DNA from: Anaerolineales bacterium
Lineage (GTDB): Bacteria > Chloroflexota > Anaerolineae > Anaerolineales > Villigracilaceae
Direction of reading: 5' to 3'
NCBI GenBank assembly: GCA_035463495.1
Contig: DATHTH010000137.1
Location: 418 to 64,417, forward strand
Length of the DNA stretch: 64,000 nt
This document shows positions 1-9,581 of this stretch, piece after piece; positions within the stretch are counted from its first letter, which is position 1, and each line of letters opens with the position of its first letter. The notes beneath the pieces were generated by a model. The model did not search any database and had not been told where the DNA came from. It saw only the letters and a list, made by a program, of their open reading frames with translations. A program made the translations under genes and the position numbers.

Positions 1-1
1 A

Positions 2-196
2 GAAAACCAGACGCGCGTCTTCATGGACTGCGGCGATGAAGATATCTTCATGCTCGATCGCGCCCGGGTGATGCAGTCGATCCTCGACGAAGCCGGCATC
101 GAAAACGTGCTGCACAGCGGCCAGGGAGGACATAACTACGCCTACTGGATGAGCAATTTCGAGATGTATCTAAAGTGGCTGACGAAAGACTGGTGA
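2..196 (+). CDS. C-terminal fragment of alpha/beta-hydrolase (putative esterase), 5' end outside window
   Basis: Frame 2 reads ENQTRVFMDCGDEDIF...GQGGHNYAYWMSNFEMYLKWLTKDW*. The DCGxxD and GGH..W motifs are typical of the esterase C-terminus. Confidence 0.7.
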   Translation, partial: ENQTRVFMDCGDEDIFMLDRARVMQSILDEAGIENVLHSGQGGHNYAYWMSNFEMYLKWLTKDW

Positions 197-229
197 CAGC
201 TCGCAACGCTTCGATAAAGCGACAGCCGG

Positions 230-985
230 CTAGATCATCAGGTATACCGCAACCGCCGAGATGTCGATCAGTGCATGCACGATCATATAGTATGGCAGAA
301 GAGTGGGCCGTAGCTTAATCATAAATCCGGCAAAGAGCGCAAAAGGCAGATACATACCCAGCCGCCAGAGGATAAAGCCACTATCCAGGATGAGAGGCAG
401 GAACATGTGCTGGGCTGCAAGGGCGAGGGATGCGATCAGCCAGGCGAGCCAGCTGTTTTTCAACTGGCTAGCCAGGCGCGGCATGACATACCCGAAATAG
501 GTCGGCAGTTCGGCAAATGCAATCGTAAGGGGGAACAGAAAGCTCAACACAAATGCCCAGGCTGGCAGCGGCTTGAACATCATGTGCGTGGGGATCATGG
601 GATCGCCAAAGATGGCTGCGCCCAGCATGTTCATGGGTGCCGCGGCGAGGGGCATGCCGATCAGGCCCGATCCAAAGAACCAGAGCAGGTCCGTTTTTAC
701 TGTCTGGCGTGAAAAACGGATCGCATCAAAATATCGCAGGCCCTCGGCGTTGAATACACGCACAAGGAGATAGATGGAGACGAAGTTGGCGAGAAAGGCG
801 ATGAAGGTCCACCAGCGTGCAGACTCTGTCCACGCAGCCTGTGTGCCTGCTGCCGCGAGAACAAGGGCGATCAGCACCTGAAAGAAGAGGAACAGGGCGG
901 AGCGTGAGACCAGCATCAGCCACGGACGGGAGTCGGTAAATGAGGCTGCATTCAGAGAAATGGGATTCGACTGAGCTATTTTCAT
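230..985 (-). CDS. CPBP (Abi/CAAX protease-like) intramembrane metalloprotease, variant motif 1
   Basis: Multi-TM. FAELPTYFGY replaces EExxxR; LAAQH and VHALID motifs present; AGGAG RBS. Confidence 0.7.
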   Translation of the reverse strand: MKIAQSNPISLNAASFTDSRPWLMLVSRSALFLFFQVLIALVLAAAGTQAAWTESARWWTFIAFLANFVSIYLLVRVFNAEGLRYFDAIRFSRQTVKTDLLWFFGSGLIGMPLAAAPMNMLGAAIFGDPMIPTHMMFKPLPAWAFVLSFLFPLTIAFAELPTYFGYVMPRLASQLKNSWLAWLIASLALAAQHMFLPLILDSGFILWRLGMYLPFALFAGFMIKLRPTLLPYYMIVHALIDISAVAVYLMI

Positions 986-1003
986 GAAATTCTCCTATCC
1001 GAC

Positions 1004-1834
1004 TTACTCGACAGCCCCATACTCGGGACGGAAGGGCAGCTCAGAGATGGGCTTCCTGGATAAATAGCGAGGTCCAAAGTAGACCAGCACCCAGATAAAC
1101 ACGACGGTGAGACCCGGAACGCCGAAGATCAGGAAGGTGTTCATGGGCATCAACCCCAGGCTGCCGGTGACGAAGGCTCCCACCAGATTGAACGAGAAGT
1201 GCGCCAGGACAGCAATGACCAGACTGCCCCTGGTATTGTTGTACAACCAGGTCATGAACGTCGTCAGGGTTACGTTGAGCAAAAGAAAAGGCACAAAGGG
1301 GATTCGGTTACTGGTCTCGGGGTGGAACCAGAGCGGGATGTGCCAGCAAGCCCAGATAACACCCAGGATGAGGCTGGAGACCAGAGCGTTGTACCTGCTC
1401 TGCAATCTCGGAAGTGCAAAGCCGCGCCAGCCTGCCTCCTCGAAAAATGGACCGGAGAAGAATGTGAAGATAAACTGGTTGAATAGTGTGGAAACCGTCG
1501 CTCCCGCCGCCAGGCCAGGTGCGTTACCACCAGACGCCTGATAGATAAGAGCGACGATCAAAGGCAGCCACAGCAGCATCAGCGCGGCAACGTACCAGCG
1601 AAGCCCAACATTCCAGCGCGTGAATCCCAGCAAAAGCTTTTTGACCTCCGGCAGCCCACCGATGACCGCGGATAACAACAGCGCACTGATCGTCGGGTTT
1701 GCGACAGACAAAAACCAGATAAATCCATAGAATGGAATATCGAACCACATAGACCCATAAAGTGCCCCAAACTGTATAGCGTAAGACAAAACGAAGAACG
1801 AGAGTAGTTGATGTTTCCGGATCCACTTTCTCAT
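1004..1834 (-). CDS. CPBP family intramembrane metalloprotease
   Basis: FFEEAGWRGFALPRL, WACWH and AHFSFN motifs; AGGAG RBS. Confidence 0.92.
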   Translation of the reverse strand: MRKWIRKHQLLSFFVLSYAIQFGALYGSMWFDIPFYGFIWFLSVANPTISALLLSAVIGGLPEVKKLLLGFTRWNVGLRWYVAALMLLWLPLIVALIYQASGGNAPGLAAGATVSTLFNQFIFTFFSGPFFEEAGWRGFALPRLQSRYNALVSSLILGVIWACWHIPLWFHPETSNRIPFVPFLLLNVTLTTFMTWLYNNTRGSLVIAVLAHFSFNLVGAFVTGSLGLMPMNTFLIFGVPGLTVVFIWVLVYFGPRYLSRKPISELPFRPEYGAVE

Positions 1835-1866
1835 AACGGACTCCTGTTGTGCGATGTGTTATTGCT

Positions 1867-1934
1867 ATTATCTTCCCGCCGAAATAAAGACTCCCCCGCC
1901 TTCGGGGGAGTCTTTTACTGTCCGAGTGGACAGT
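1867..1934 (-). promoter_or_regulatory. Motif A promoter copy 1 (two palindromes + -10 GATAAT)
   Basis: + strand: ACTCCCC-cgccttcg-GGGGAGT 1890-1911 and ACTGTCC-gagt-GGACAGT 1917-1934. Minus-strand GATAAT at 1867-1872 lies 17 nt from the palindrome. Confidence 0.75.
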
Positions 1935-2012
1935 TGATCCTCAATCTCATCCGGTGAATTGCTTTCCGTTTCTCTATTCTTTTCAAGCTCAGTGGCATAC
2001 CCGCGAGAAAAT

Positions 2013-2966
2013 CTACGCTGCGTTTTCTGCGACAATCCCTTGTACCTGCTCCCGAGAGTCGACAGGAGGCGACTTAAGGGCCTTCCGGCTCAACAGGATT
2101 GCCAGCGCGACGAGAGCGATCGGCAAGGAACCAATAAAACCCACGATCGTGGGACCGAGCAACAGGTTTGGTTCTCCTTGGACGAAAAACAGGGAGATCG
2201 CGGCAATGCCATTGATCGCTCCATGACCAATGACCGCCGGCCAGACACTGCCGGCGCGCAACGTCGCCCAGCCCAGGAACGTTCCCAACACAAACGTAAA
2301 CCAGGTCATGGCGAGGATGCCAAGCCAGGGGGCGCCCGGATACTCTAGACCATAGTTATGTCCCATCGCGATGACCGGTGCATGCCACAATCCCCAGATC
2401 ACTCCCATCCAGACCATGGTCGTTCGCCCCCCGAGTGGTAACAGCTTAGGCTGAAGATAAGCACGCCAGCCAAACTCTTCGCCCAGAATAGGAATGGCGT
2501 TCAAGAGCGGAGCGATGAGCACAGCCGTGATCGTCTGCGTGATGACGACCACCCAGGGGCTCAGCGTCGGGACGGCTTGACCTGTCGCCTCAGCAGAACT
2601 CTCCAGCATCGTCTGGATCGCTGAGAGGGATGTGTCATAAAACTGGGGAAATAAGGCAAAGAAAACAGCCATCCCTGCAAACGTAAACAAAGCAGGCGCG
2701 ATCCAGGTTATGATCCAGTAAGGCCAGCCCTGCCGGAATTTCGGTTGCAGGTAGAGATCCTGCCATCCTTCCCTTGTGACGAGGCGCGTGAGGATGTTCG
2801 CCAGGGCAGGCGCGCCCATATAGCCGACAGCAAGCAGCGGAAGAGCATACGGGTTCCCCGCCAGACCGCCGGTCAAATAGATTGCCAGCGCCGCAAGCCA
2901 GGCAATGCCAAAAGCGAACGCGATGAAGATTCGAACGCGTCTCCAATCCACTACGCTTGTATCCAT
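2013..2966 (-). CDS. CPBP family intramembrane metalloprotease
   Basis: LGEEFGWRAYLQPKL, WGLWH and GHGAIN motifs; GGAGG RBS. Confidence 0.92.
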   Translation of the reverse strand: MDTSVVDWRRVRIFIAFAFGIAWLAALAIYLTGGLAGNPYALPLLAVGYMGAPALANILTRLVTREGWQDLYLQPKFRQGWPYWIITWIAPALFTFAGMAVFFALFPQFYDTSLSAIQTMLESSAEATGQAVPTLSPWVVVITQTITAVLIAPLLNAIPILGEEFGWRAYLQPKLLPLGGRTTMVWMGVIWGLWHAPVIAMGHNYGLEYPGAPWLGILAMTWFTFVLGTFLGWATLRAGSVWPAVIGHGAINGIAAISLFFVQGEPNLLLGPTIVGFIGSLPIALVALAILLSRKALKSPPVDSREQVQGIVAENAA

Positions 2967-4468
2967 TTTTTATCCTCCGTGGTTGCGGTCAAGTATACCT
3001 GTCTTCTGCGAGCATCTGCGATCCAGTACAGCTTTACGAGCCCCTGTATATAGTCCGGTAAGGAGCCGACGATCATCAGGATGGCGATGTCGGGAAGAGT
3101 CCGAAACATCGTGATCAGTTGATAGGTAAAGTTAAACCTGTATCCCATAAAAGCCTTGACCTGATGAAAAACGATAAACAGAATCAATGTAGGGATGAGA
3201 AAACTGATTCCAATGTCCATGACTCGCCGCGCCGTTGACCATCCTCGGGCGCGCTCTGCCCAGCCACGTAAAGAGAGCAAGTTTCGCGCCTGATATGCCG
3301 CCAGCAGAAGGACAAAAAGCAGCAATATCCATCCGATCTGTTTTACAGACCAACCTGTAGAAACGGAAGGCACAGGCCGTCCGAGCACAATTGCCTCCAC
3401 GCCCTTAAAAATTTGTGGAGCCGAGATGAAATGGTCCAGCATGTAACCCTGGTTAATGAGCAGCACGATGCTCATGTCGCGCAAAGGGTAGATGTCCACG
3501 AAGGTCTTAAAGGTTTCGTTCGCGCCGCCGTGGAAGACGTGTCCAGGCTCAACCATCCAGCCCATTCCATATCCCTGTACGGGCGCAAAAAGCATATCCA
3601 TTCCCTGGATCGACAATACCCGATTCCCTTCATAGATACCGCCGCTGTCCATCGCGATGGCATAGTGCGCCATGTCTTCTGCTGTCGAGATAATAAAGCC
3701 TGCGCTCACCTCATACACGCGGTGCGGCTGGCGCTGCGGGACCGTGAAACCAAAGAAGCGACTATGGCCCTGCGAGAGCCCGTTGGCACGCGCAATGACA
3801 GGATCGGTGTATGTGCGAGTCATCTCCAGAGGATCGAATATGTTCTCCTGGATGTATTGCTCGTACGACACGCCGGTGACGTTCTGGACGATCAATGCCA
3901 GCACATCGTAGCCAACATTAAAGTACTGATGTTTCGCGCCAACCGGCGCCGTCAGCCGCGCGGACGCAAGTGCGCGAACGGCATCTTCCTTCGATGCATC
4001 TTCAGCAAGGATCGCAGTGAAGCCAGCTTCGGAAAGCCCGCTGGTATGATGCAGGAGATGATTGACCGTAATTTTTAGGGAGGCATCCTCGTCCGCCACC
4101 CGGAACCACGGAATATACCTGCGGACCGGGTCGTCTGGGCTGATCTTGCCTTGCTCAATCAACTGGGCAATTGCCAGGCCGGTAAACGATTTGCTCTGCG
4201 AGCCAATGTACATCGGAGTCTGCGGCGTCATCGGGCGGTTCTGACCGGCTGTGCCATACCCTTTCAGATAGACGATATCCGTCTTCGATGTAACCGCGAG
4301 TGAAATCCCCTGAATTCCGTGCTTGGACATTTGTCCGGTGATGAACGCATCCAGGGCTTCTGAGTCGATCCGCGTATCCAGGCTGGGACCGGCCTGAGCA
4401 AACATGCCGCCAACCGACAGGCTGAAGGCTAAGCAAAGTGTTAGGAATGGCATATATATTCTATGCAT
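2951..4468 (-). CDS. Serine hydrolase (beta-lactamase class C / PBP-like) with signal peptide and C-terminal TM anchor
   Basis: SxxK (GSQSKSFT), YxN (YFN) and HGG motifs. ATG 4468 is best spaced from the GGAG RBS; the track starts at TTG 4474. Confidence 0.88.
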   Translation of the reverse strand: MHRIYMPFLTLCLAFSLSVGGMFAQAGPSLDTRIDSEALDAFITGQMSKHGIQGISLAVTSKTDIVYLKGYGTAGQNRPMTPQTPMYIGSQSKSFTGLAIAQLIEQGKISPDDPVRRYIPWFRVADEDASLKITVNHLLHHTSGLSEAGFTAILAEDASKEDAVRALASARLTAPVGAKHQYFNVGYDVLALIVQNVTGVSYEQYIQENIFDPLEMTRTYTDPVIARANGLSQGHSRFFGFTVPQRQPHRVYEVSAGFIISTAEDMAHYAIAMDSGGIYEGNRVLSIQGMDMLFAPVQGYGMGWMVEPGHVFHGGANETFKTFVDIYPLRDMSIVLLINQGYMLDHFISAPQIFKGVEAIVLGRPVPSVSTGWSVKQIGWILLLFVLLLAAYQARNLLSLRGWAERARGWSTARRVMDIGISFLIPTLILFIVFHQVKAFMGYRFNFTYQLITMFRTLPDIAILMIVGSLPDYIQGLVKLYWIADARRRQVYLTATTEDKKWIQA

Positions 4469-4504
4469 GGGCAAATCTCCTTAAAGAGGAAGCAGCGCTT
4501 TCCA

Positions 4505-4732
4505 TCAAGGAATGCTCAAATGTGGAAAACAACAACTCAACACCGCCAGTCCTAGCGCAAGGAAGAGAATGTTAGGCATGAGTAGCGAATGCCAGAGATC
4601 ACGTATAAACGGAAAGAGAGCCGTGCTTCCAAAGTTACGATACATTTGCGGATTTGCGATCGCGAGATAGACATGCGTAGTCCATCCCAGAAGGTACCAG
4701 CGGGCCACAAATCACCGGATCGCACTCTTCAT
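4505..4732 (-). pseudogene. Truncated membrane-protein gene with in-frame TGA at codon 7
   Basis: ATG 4732 with GAGG RBS gives MKSAIR*FVARWYLLGWTTHVYLAIANPQ... The TGA at 4712-4714 is in frame with track ORF 4505..4708. Confidence 0.5.
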
Positions 4733-4749
4733 AACAATCCTCGATTTGA

Positions 4750-6186
4750 CTAGTGTCCAATTTGAATAGTTCGAATTAGATCGTCCAGGACCCTCAGGGA
4801 GGGCACAAAATCAGACTCTGGCTGAACGTTCAATTGGATTAATTGTTCACCGAGTAGAGTCGCCCATTCTGCAACCGGATCGTAGCCCGGATCACTGCAT
4901 GCGGCGCATGCCGGTGGCTCGGTCGGAAAGAGGCCTGTTTGAACAGGGAAGAACGCGGCGATATAAAACTGCTCATCGTTGGTCAGGCCCTGGAAGGTAT
5001 AAAAGACCTGCTGGTCCAGCACAGGGTCGAGGCCCTGTGTGTAGTAGCTCAGGTAACGAACCCCACGTCCGCCCGCAAACTCGATGATCCGCGGCTGGGC
5101 GCAAAAGGCTTGTTTCATGTTGATCCAGGGCAGGAATGGCAGCACCGGTTCTCCCGTGATGGGTTGCGTGCAGCGGGCAGGGTCAATGCCCGTCTCGAGC
5201 AACTCGCTCAGCGCCTGCATCTGGTTGACGAAGCCCGCGGGGCTGTCATCCCCAAAGCCGCGAAACTCGGCGGTTTGGAAGACCCGCACCTGCGCGACGC
5301 GGTCCTCGATAGGCAGCAAAGGTAGATCATAGGGGCGCCCAGCGTGGAATCCCCAGAAGCGGATCTGGACAAAACTGGGCTGTGCTTCGGCAAACAGTGC
5401 CTGCTCGTTCACGGGGACGGCGGGAACCATCCGCGCTTCGACCCAGGGTGCCAGGGCAGGATCATAGGAAAGGTAGATGGTTTTGTCAAATTCGAACCAG
5501 CTTATCGTTTTGAATTTTGAAGCAGGTTGAGCTGTCAGCGGTAAGAAGGCAAAGGAGCCTGTCACCGTCTGGCTCAGAGCCTCCAGGTCAGGTCTGGCGA
5601 GGTCGAGATCGGACGGATGAAAACGCAGCGTGAAGAGGATATTCTCATTCAAAGCCATCAGCACCCGCGAACTTAACAAACCCGGCACCGGATCCAGGAT
5701 TTCCGCAGGATTCCCGCCAAGCATCCCGACCTCACGCTCGATCGGGACTTGCGTATCGCCGAGGGAGCGTAGATATGCTTCCACCAGCGGAGTAAGCCCG
5801 CTTTCCTGGGGCGCCACCTGTGCAGTGATTTCCAGGCTGACTCGCACAGGGTTGGCGCTATCCTCCAGGCCGGGACCCGAAAGATCGATGATCCCTTCGG
5901 CTGCCCGGCTTTCATCGAGAATGAACGTTCCGGGATAGGCGAAGCAGTAGCCCCATTTCTCATCTACATAAACACCCAGGTCGGTCACCTGGCAGGTCAG
6001 GGGAAGGGCGCTGTCTGAGGGCGTCGGCGAAGGGGCCAGCGCACTAAATATCTCAGGCGTCGGCGTGGCGAGATCAACGACCGTCTGCGGCGCTTCTGCT
6101 TTAAGCGGTACACAGGCGCTGATTATGATCATCCCGAGGCAGATGGACCTGGCTATCGAAATTTGCGAAGATCGTTTGAGAAACAT
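4750..6186 (-). CDS. Hypothetical lipoprotein
   Basis: Lipobox IIISAC followed by a Pro/Thr/Ser linker; GGAGG RBS before ATG 6186. Confidence 0.75.
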   Translation of the reverse strand: MFLKRSSQISIARSICLGMIIISACVPLKAEAPQTVVDLATPTPEIFSALAPSPTPSDSALPLTCQVTDLGVYVDEKWGYCFAYPGTFILDESRAAEGIIDLSGPGLEDSANPVRVSLEITAQVAPQESGLTPLVEAYLRSLGDTQVPIEREVGMLGGNPAEILDPVPGLLSSRVLMALNENILFTLRFHPSDLDLARPDLEALSQTVTGSFAFLPLTAQPASKFKTISWFEFDKTIYLSYDPALAPWVEARMVPAVPVNEQALFAEAQPSFVQIRFWGFHAGRPYDLPLLPIEDRVAQVRVFQTAEFRGFGDDSPAGFVNQMQALSELLETGIDPARCTQPITGEPVLPFLPWINMKQAFCAQPRIIEFAGGRGVRYLSYYTQGLDPVLDQQVFYTFQGLTNDEQFYIAAFFPVQTGLFPTEPPACAACSDPGYDPVAEWATLLGEQLIQLNVQPESDFVPSLRVLDDLIRTIQIGH

Positions 6187-6249
6187 AGGAACTCCTCCGT
6201 ACAACTCACGGCTACAGACATTCCCTTCTTCGAGGGCTCACCAACATAT

Positions 6250-6882
6250 TCAACGGCCTTGTAGCATGCCTTCTGCACGCTCCCGGATGCCGAGCAGCAT
6301 GCCGCGCGCCATAATGAATTCACCCGGACGGATCACATCCCAGAACCAGCCCTGCGCGGCGTTGCGCGAGCGCACGATCAGGCGTGTTGAACCGTCTGCC
6401 TGTGGCAGGAGCACAAATTGCCAGACCTCGATCCATTCGCCGTTTTCCTGGTGTCCCAGGATCATGGCGCGATCAGACTCCAGGAGTGCTACCTCGTAAG
6501 GCGGCGGACCTGATGTTCCCGGGCACATCTTGACTGAATCACCTACTTTCAGGTTTTGCCACTTTGCATGGATGCGGTCGGCGTTGCTTATTTCACAACG
6601 CAGAATATTCGTCTCGAACCACTCGTAGCTGTACCATCCGCCGCGTTCTGCCCCGATCTGCACGATCCACGGGTAGATCTCTTCGGGTATGGCATGGATG
6701 GTTATTGCCCGCGTGTAAGAGATGCGCGGAGAGGGAACCAGCTCATCCCCTGGCAGTGAGACCGCGACCTCATTCGTGCTGGCGCCCCAGCGGTCCATCC
6801 ACGGCAGCAGGGCAAACATGACGATAATGGCGAGAATGCCGAGAACGGTTAAAACACCAACAGTCTTGAGAAATCTTTTCAT
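6250..6882 (-). CDS. SRPBCC-like protein with N-terminal TM
   Basis: YPWIVQIGAERGGWYSY signature; AGGAG RBS before ATG 6882. Confidence 0.7.
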   Translation of the reverse strand: MKRFLKTVGVLTVLGILAIIVMFALLPWMDRWGASTNEVAVSLPGDELVPSPRISYTRAITIHAIPEEIYPWIVQIGAERGGWYSYEWFETNILRCEISNADRIHAKWQNLKVGDSVKMCPGTSGPPPYEVALLESDRAMILGHQENGEWIEVWQFVLLPQADGSTRLIVRSRNAAQGWFWDVIRPGEFIMARGMLLGIRERAEGMLQGR

Positions 6883-6915
6883 TCTGATCTCCTGGATTGA
6901 GATTTTCCTGTTTCC

Positions 6916-6982
6916 ATCATAGTTGCTGGAAATAAAAGACTCCCCCACCGTGAGGGGAGTCTTCACTGTCCGAGTGGATAGT
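6916..6982 (-). promoter_or_regulatory. Motif A promoter copy 2 (-10 TATGAT)
   Basis: ACTCCCC-caccgtga-GGGGAGT 6939-6960, ACTGTCC-gagt-GGATAGT 6965-6982; TATGAT 17 nt away. Confidence 0.75.
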
Positions 6983-6999
6983 GGAGGCAAATGATCAGT

Positions 7000-7722
7000 T
7001 TATGCTTTCAGGGGATCGAAAGTCGGTTTCGGCGGCACAGGGATTTCCGCGATGCGCTCGACGGCGCACCGCGCCCCGGCACGGATCAGCTCACGGGATT
7101 TTTGTGGGGAAAGAGAAAGAACCGGCACCTTGTCGAAAACTCCCGCCACATGCGCGAACAAAGGCTCCTTCGTGATCACCGCTTCGATGTTCGGCACGAA
7201 TGCCTGCGCTTCGCGGACTGCTGCCCGATCGCCACTGATGAATATAAAAGGGATGTCCAGAGCGGCGGCGGCGGCAGTTGTCATGCCGATCTCTCCAATA
7301 TCCTCACCATTCCACACCAGGCCCGGAAAAAGCATATGAGCCTGGGGCGCAGCCGGAGTGCCCTGCTTTGCATGCAGCCCGACCATCATCAGCGCATCGA
7401 AGGATGGATCCATGCCGGCAGGTCCTCCATCCCCGGCGCCCATCACGAGCTTGCAGTCCGGATGCAGGAGCTCCACATCCAGCCCGCCCGGAAAACCGCA
7501 ATGTCCATCCCATGCCCACACTTCTGTCGCGCCTGCCTCCAGGACGCCCTCAACCAGAGCATTCAATTCCAGGGTTGCCAGTTTTCGGGCTTGCAGATAG
7601 AACGGTCCATACTTACCCGGTATATATTCCCTGTCGTAGCTGTCATGCGTGAAACTGCACTGGTGGATTTGATCCACCACCCCGGCGGTACCTTCCAGAT
7701 CGCAGACCACGTAGATTTTCAT
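7000..7722 (-). CDS. dppA: M55 family metallopeptidase (D-aminopeptidase DppA-like)
   Basis: MKIYVVCDLEG start with DxE, DGH and H-A..AH metal ligands; AAGGAG RBS. Confidence 0.85.
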   Translation of the reverse strand: MKIYVVCDLEGTAGVVDQIHQCSFTHDSYDREYIPGKYGPFYLQARKLATLELNALVEGVLEAGATEVWAWDGHCGFPGGLDVELLHPDCKLVMGAGDGGPAGMDPSFDALMMVGLHAKQGTPAAPQAHMLFPGLVWNGEDIGEIGMTTAAAAALDIPFIFISGDRAAVREAQAFVPNIEAVITKEPLFAHVAGVFDKVPVLSLSPQKSRELIRAGARCAVERIAEIPVPPKPTFDPLKA

Positions 7723-7748
7723 GTTTTCTCCTTTTCTCTGTTTTTTAG

Positions 7749-7816
7749 AGGATATGTCTCTCAAACAAAAAACTCCCCTGCCACAGGGGGAGTTTTTGAC
7801 TGTCCGAGTGGACAAA
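7749..7816 (-). promoter_or_regulatory. Motif A promoter copy 3 (-10 TATCCT)
   Basis: ACTCCCC-tgccacag-GGGGAGT 7772-7793, ACTGTCC-gagt-GGACAAA 7799-7816; TATCCT 17 nt away. Confidence 0.72.
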
Positions 7817-7838
7817 TGTAATGATGCTACTTTCTTCA

Positions 7839-8402
7839 TCAGGCGAGGTGTTTCGCGTTCTTGAGCTTTGCCTTTCGCGTGCGTGGCTTGTAACACTGCC
7901 AGTAGACCCTGTGCTCGTCATACTGGGTGCGGGCTTCCTTCGTTTCTGCGGGATGACCGACATAGATCATGCTGAGAGGCGTCACATCTTCCGGTATTCC
8001 AAGGGTTTCCCTGAGGGTTTTGATCCGGCTGGGGTACGGATACACACCAATCCAGACGGCTCCCAGCCCCAAGCCCGCCGCAGCGATGAGAATATTCTCT
8101 GTGGCAGCGCTGCAATCCATCACCCAGTGGTCACGGGCGGCTGAATTGTTCGCAATGCGGATATTGCCACAGACCATAATGGCAGCCGGCGCATTGTATC
8201 TGGCAAACAGGAATTTATCACGGATATGATCGAGCACCTCCTCTTCCGTTACCACGATGAATTCCCAGGGCTGACTGTTACAGGCTGTCGGCGCCGACAT
8301 GGCAGCTTTCAGCAGGAGAATGAGAGTCTCACGATCGACAGGCTGGCGACTGTAATGCCGGATGCTTCTGCGGCTGAGAAGGATATCGAGGATGTCAGGC
8401 AT
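7839..8402 (-). CDS. Nitroreductase family protein
   Basis: RRSIR, APTACNSQPWEF and GLGAVWIG motifs. Confidence 0.92.
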   Translation of the reverse strand: MPDILDILLSRRSIRHYSRQPVDRETLILLLKAAMSAPTACNSQPWEFIVVTEEEVLDHIRDKFLFARYNAPAAIMVCGNIRIANNSAARDHWVMDCSAATENILIAAAGLGLGAVWIGVYPYPSRIKTLRETLGIPEDVTPLSMIYVGHPAETKEARTQYDEHRVYWQCYKPRTRKAKLKNAKHLA

Positions 8403-8940
8403 CTGTGTTCTGCAATGAGTACCTCCAGTACCGGATCCCGTACCGGGTGAACTCTTCAGCAAGTGTCATTCCGATTTTTTCCGCCACGCGCCGGGAAGCC
8501 AGGTTGCCTGCCCGGATCAGGCTGATCAGTTGCGGCAGATGCAAAACGTCGAAGGCATAATCACGCACAGCCGCTGCCGCTTCGGTGGCATAGCCCCTGT
8601 TCCAGACGTCACTGCGGAAGTCATAACCCAATTCAGCGATCTGCATTTCATCCACTTCCATTTGTTCCAGGCCGCAATCGCCGATGAGCTCACCGGTATC
8701 CTTGTGAAGCACAGAGAACAGCCCATACCCGAATTGCTCTTGATGGTCGAGATTTCGCTGCAACCAGCGCTCCATCTGCTCATGAGTAAAGGGATCATGA
8801 TCGAATGCAGCCATCACTTTTGCATCGGCAAAGATCAAATGTAGTGCATCAAAATCCGACGCCTGCATCGGGCGCAGGATCAGGCGTTCCGTCTCGAGCA
8901 CTCCTGGGCTAAACCTGTGGCTATTAACTTTTGTCGTCAT
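8395..8940 (-). CDS. GNAT N-acetyltransferase (RimJ/RimL type)
   Basis: LETERLILR, WNRGYATEA and N.AS.RVAEKIG motifs. Confidence 0.9.
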   Translation of the reverse strand: MTTKVNSHRFSPGVLETERLILRPMQASDFDALHLIFADAKVMAAFDHDPFTHEQMERWLQRNLDHQEQFGYGLFSVLHKDTGELIGDCGLEQMEVDEMQIAELGYDFRSDVWNRGYATEAAAAVRDYAFDVLHLPQLISLIRAGNLASRRVAEKIGMTLAEEFTRYGIRYWRYSLQNTDA

Positions 8941-9505
8941 TTGTTTGATCCATCCAGCGGACATCGGGGAAATAAATGGTAGGGAAGGAGAACGTCATCT
9001 GTGCAAATTTCCAACCATCAGCCTCACAGAGGACAACGGCGGTGAAGCGAAGGGGCCAGATGAACTTGTCCCCACGGCGTAGCTCGTAGAGAGTGCTCGT
9101 GCCGCCGCGCAGGATGTAGAGCAATTTTTCTTCTGCGCCCAGCTGTGACTCATCGAGAAACTTTCTAACAAAGTCCAGGTAGGATGCGTAGTTCTCTGGT
9201 CCAATCGTTTGCGTCACGTTGGCACTCGCGGCGACCCAGCCGACAATCCCTTGGCTGTGTATGGATACCTCATCCAAGTCAAGGCGGAGATCGCCCCAAT
9301 CCTGCCAATCACCTTCCACCAGCTGTTGGGCAGAGGCGCGCCCCACATACCATTCCTCGACACCCGGTCGCGCACCGTTCGTGCCGATGACTTCTGCGTC
9401 GGCGGTAAAAAGTTTCATAAACGCATCGATTCGGGTCAGATCGCGGCGGGTATACCCCTCCTGGAAAGATTGCAGAAGTGCACGGATCTCATGTTGTGGA
9501 TTCAT
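8924..9505 (-). CDS. NTF2/SnoaL-like fold protein
   Basis: YTRRDLTRIDAFMKLF... and LRFTAVV....GWKFAQM.FS pattern. Confidence 0.7.
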   Translation of the reverse strand: MNPQHEIRALLQSFQEGYTRRDLTRIDAFMKLFTADAEVIGTNGARPGVEEWYVGRASAQQLVEGDWQDWGDLRLDLDEVSIHSQGIVGWVAASANVTQTIGPENYASYLDFVRKFLDESQLGAEEKLLYILRGGTSTLYELRRGDKFIWPLRFTAVVLCEADGWKFAQMTFSFPTIYFPDVRWMDQTNDDKS

Positions 9506-9581
9506 TTGATAGTCTCTATGGGAGCAGATAGTACGAAGACTCCTCATCAGGCTCCATTCGGATTTATGCAAGATTTTTTGC

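Noticed and set aside
4712-4714. Selenocysteine or genetic-code reassignment at the in-frame TGA
   Set aside because: TGA is the normal stop of many intact genes here, there is no Cys-like catalytic context, and no SECIS-like hairpin is evident.
6197-6241. Additional motif A copy (ATTCCCT at 6220)
   Set aside because: Only a half-site matches, with no -10 at the expected distance.
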